A stretch of 64,000 bases of DNA, from assembly GCA_964035545.1 (NCBI GenBank), contig OZ037765.1, forward strand, positions 1 to 64,000, given 5' to 3'. Both the position numbers and the translations under genes were made by a program. The notes below the pieces were generated by a model, which was not told where the DNA came from, made no database searches, and saw only the letters and a list, made by a program, of their open reading frames with translations. Below, piece after piece: positions 61,746 to 64,000 of the stretch (positions within the stretch are counted from its first letter, which is position 1; the number at the start of each line of letters is the position of its first letter). Source of the stretch: Bugula neritina (Eukaryota; Animalia; Bryozoa).

Positions 61746-62239
61746 ATTACTATATACACCTATGATCTACTATTACATATTATATATTCTATATTTACTA
61801 TCACACATCTACAATTAATATAACATATATTTTACAGTCAACACTACTCACTCTGCTAAACACGACACATTTTAGGCTTTGCAGCTGGATTGTCGCTATT
61901 TAAAATATTTTTCAAAAGTAAAATATAACAGCAGTAAATAAAAATGCAGTTGGAATTTTGAAGTATTCCATTTGGAGCCTGGCTACGAGTGAGTGAACAC
62001 GTGATTGACAGCTAGTTGTCAGATTGGGGTGTCTAGTAGTAGCTAGTAGCTTGTAGCTGGTAGCTGGTAGCTTGTAGCTTGTAGCTAGTTTGTACTGTGA
62101 GATGTGAGCTGCTGCTACGAGATTGATAGTCCAGCTCTGCAGAATGAGCAAATATAGGTCAGGAATATATGTCAGGACTCAGGAATGGCTGAGAGTTAGT
62201 ACTTTAACCTAACCTAGAATTAGAACAGCTGCTATTCAT

Positions 62240-64000
62240 ATGGAATATTCAGATGTAAGCAAAGTAGAAGAGGGTATAGACGTATCCACAGAAAAAGAAG
62301 GGCTGTTCGGAAATGACCTGGTTGTGTGGGTATCAGCACCTTGTCTGACGGGGAGAGCTGCAAGGGGTTTTAGGACACTTCTACATGAGCTTGACGGAAC
62401 TCAGAGAAGTGGGAAAAGCTGCACTAAGTCTGACCGTGACCGCCAGCAGTTTGATGAATTTTATTGTAAGTTTAATTTGTCGTGTGACAGAAACTTTTTA
62501 TTAGAAAAAGATGCATTCAACGCCTCAGCGCTGCACTATGTTGTGAGCACAGCAAGTGCTGAACTGATAATCAGCTCGGTTTCAGTCGCTGAGCAGACGA
62601 ACCTTCTTCTGAAGAAAGATGGTTTGGGCTGGACACCTCTCCACCTGGCTTCTTATGTTGGCAGATTAGAAATGCTCAGCTATTTCTGCAGCTTTGTCCC
62701 TGCAGTAAAACAGCTCATTTTCCAAGCAGATGATGATGGAAGGACAGCCCTGCATGTGTCCAAGGACAAGTGGGTAGTAGAGCTACTTCTAGCCGCCGCA
62801 GGAGATGCTAGTGAGCAGTTGGTAAAGATTGGAGATAGAGAAGGGCGAACAGTTCTGCACGCTTCTGTGGAGGATTGTCAGGAGGACATTGTAAAGCACT
62901 TGTGTGCAGATTTCTCTCCGCAGTTGCTTTGGACAAAGAATGGTAAGGGACAAACAGCTCTGCATTTGGCTGAGTGCAGTGAAATAGCTGAAGTACTTGC
63001 CGAGGCAGCAGAAGATAATCTAATAGAATACGTGAATGTTAAGGATGACTCGGGCTACACAGCACTCATGTATTTCGTTCTCAAGTTTCAGCCCGACGAC
63101 TTGCGATCAATAATTGCTTTCTTTGATGAAAAACTCTACAGTGAAGAACAACTACAAGCCTTGATGGAGCAGCAGAATAATGATGGTCACAATATTTTTC
63201 ACTTGGCAGCCATGTCTTGGCAAATTGAACACATTTTCCCAGTTATCATGGAGTGTATGGATTTTGTGGAAATTGAAAATGTTATAGCTGCTGACGCGAA
63301 GAACAGCACTCCTTTAGACTACCTCATGTTAAGATGTTCCACTGAGCTATTCGCTCAAATTGTCACAGCGCTACCTTTTGTACAACGGAAAACGGTCCTT
63401 ACTCATACAATGTCACCGAGTTGCAGCCAAGTCAGTGCATTGCCTCAGTGGATAGGCAACACAACTCCTCGGTTGTACGGAAATCTAAGTTGGAAGATGG
63501 AATCCCACACCATTCAGTTTAACATTGTAGCTCTAAATGATGACATTTTCAGAATAATAAAATATGGTTTAAACGAGTACTCACTGCTAGACTCTGCGTA
63601 CCGATACACTTGGAGTTTGTTCTCCTCGAGTGCTGCAAAGATGGCAGCCCAATGGTCTGCTGTTAGTCAACTTCAGGTTAGTATGTAATATAATGCAGGT
63701 TAGTATATAATATAATGCAGGTTAGTATATAATATAATGCAGGTTAGTATATAATATAATGCAGGTTAGTATATGATATGCTGCAGGTTAGTATATAATA
63801 TACTGCAGGTTAGTATGTAGGGATTTTGCAAAGTTTAATAGTAATTTGTTTACTTTTTGTTTACAGGAAATGCTTTCAAACGGTAGAAACGCTGTTCGCT
63901 GTAGAGATGAAGGGAAGAGCTGCTTCTCTGCTATATGGCTTTACATTGACTTCTATGAGCTCTACTCTTATCAGGAGAAGGCTAAAGAAGTACAGCAGAA
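62240..64000 (+). CDS. Ankyrin-repeat protein, partial (continues past the window)
   Basis: Exon 62240-63676 (479 codons) has about 8 ankyrin motifs (GWTPLHLA, GRTALH, GRTVLH, GQTALHLA, GYTALM, GHNIFHLAA). Phase-0 intron 63677-63866 (GTTAGT...tttttgtttacAG). The next exon, 63867-64000, stays open (EMLSNGRNAVRC...EVQQ). Confidence 0.92.
63674..63817 (+). repeat. 22-bp tandem repeat of the splice junction (CAG|GTTAGTATATAATATAATG), 7 copies of CAGGTTAGT
   Basis: CAG at 63674, 63696, 63718, 63740, 63762, 63784 and 63806. The first is the real exon end. Confidence 0.96.

Noticed and set aside
61912-62151. 79-aa minus-strand ORF with (SYKLPAT)-like repeats
   Set aside because: Non-ATG start, driven by a short 7-bp GTAGCT(T/G) repeat at about 62035-62090 upstream of the ankyrin gene.

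Overview
Eukaryotic genomic DNA, most likely from an invertebrate animal (GT-AG spliceosomal introns; laminin-N-like, Ig and ankyrin domains). Positions 1-45257 are one AT-rich 26-bp satellite (about 1,750 copies, running off the left edge) with visible 3.2-kb and about 9.1-kb internal duplications. About 2 kb of unique sequence follows, containing a candidate minus-strand promoter and exons that point into the satellite, plus a perfect 19-bp hairpin. A 38-bp satellite occupies 47377-50683. The remaining 13 kb holds three spliced genes that I assembled by hand with consistent intron phases. (1) A 306-aa secreted plant/ascorbate-type heme peroxidase (minus strand, 6 coding exons) whose distal catalytic Arg is replaced by Gln. 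(2) A 644-aa secreted laminin-N-like + 3 Ig protein (minus strand, 10 exons). (3) An ankyrin-repeat gene (plus strand, running off the right edge). The most striking pattern is that 11 of the 15 coding-region introns are filled with their own private minisatellite. In three of them the repeat unit is the exon-intron junction itself, giving ladders of 7-14 tandem 5' splice sites, and one unit also carries TACTAAC and AG. The long Tyr/Ile/His-rich ORFs in the ORF track are artefacts of these arrays.
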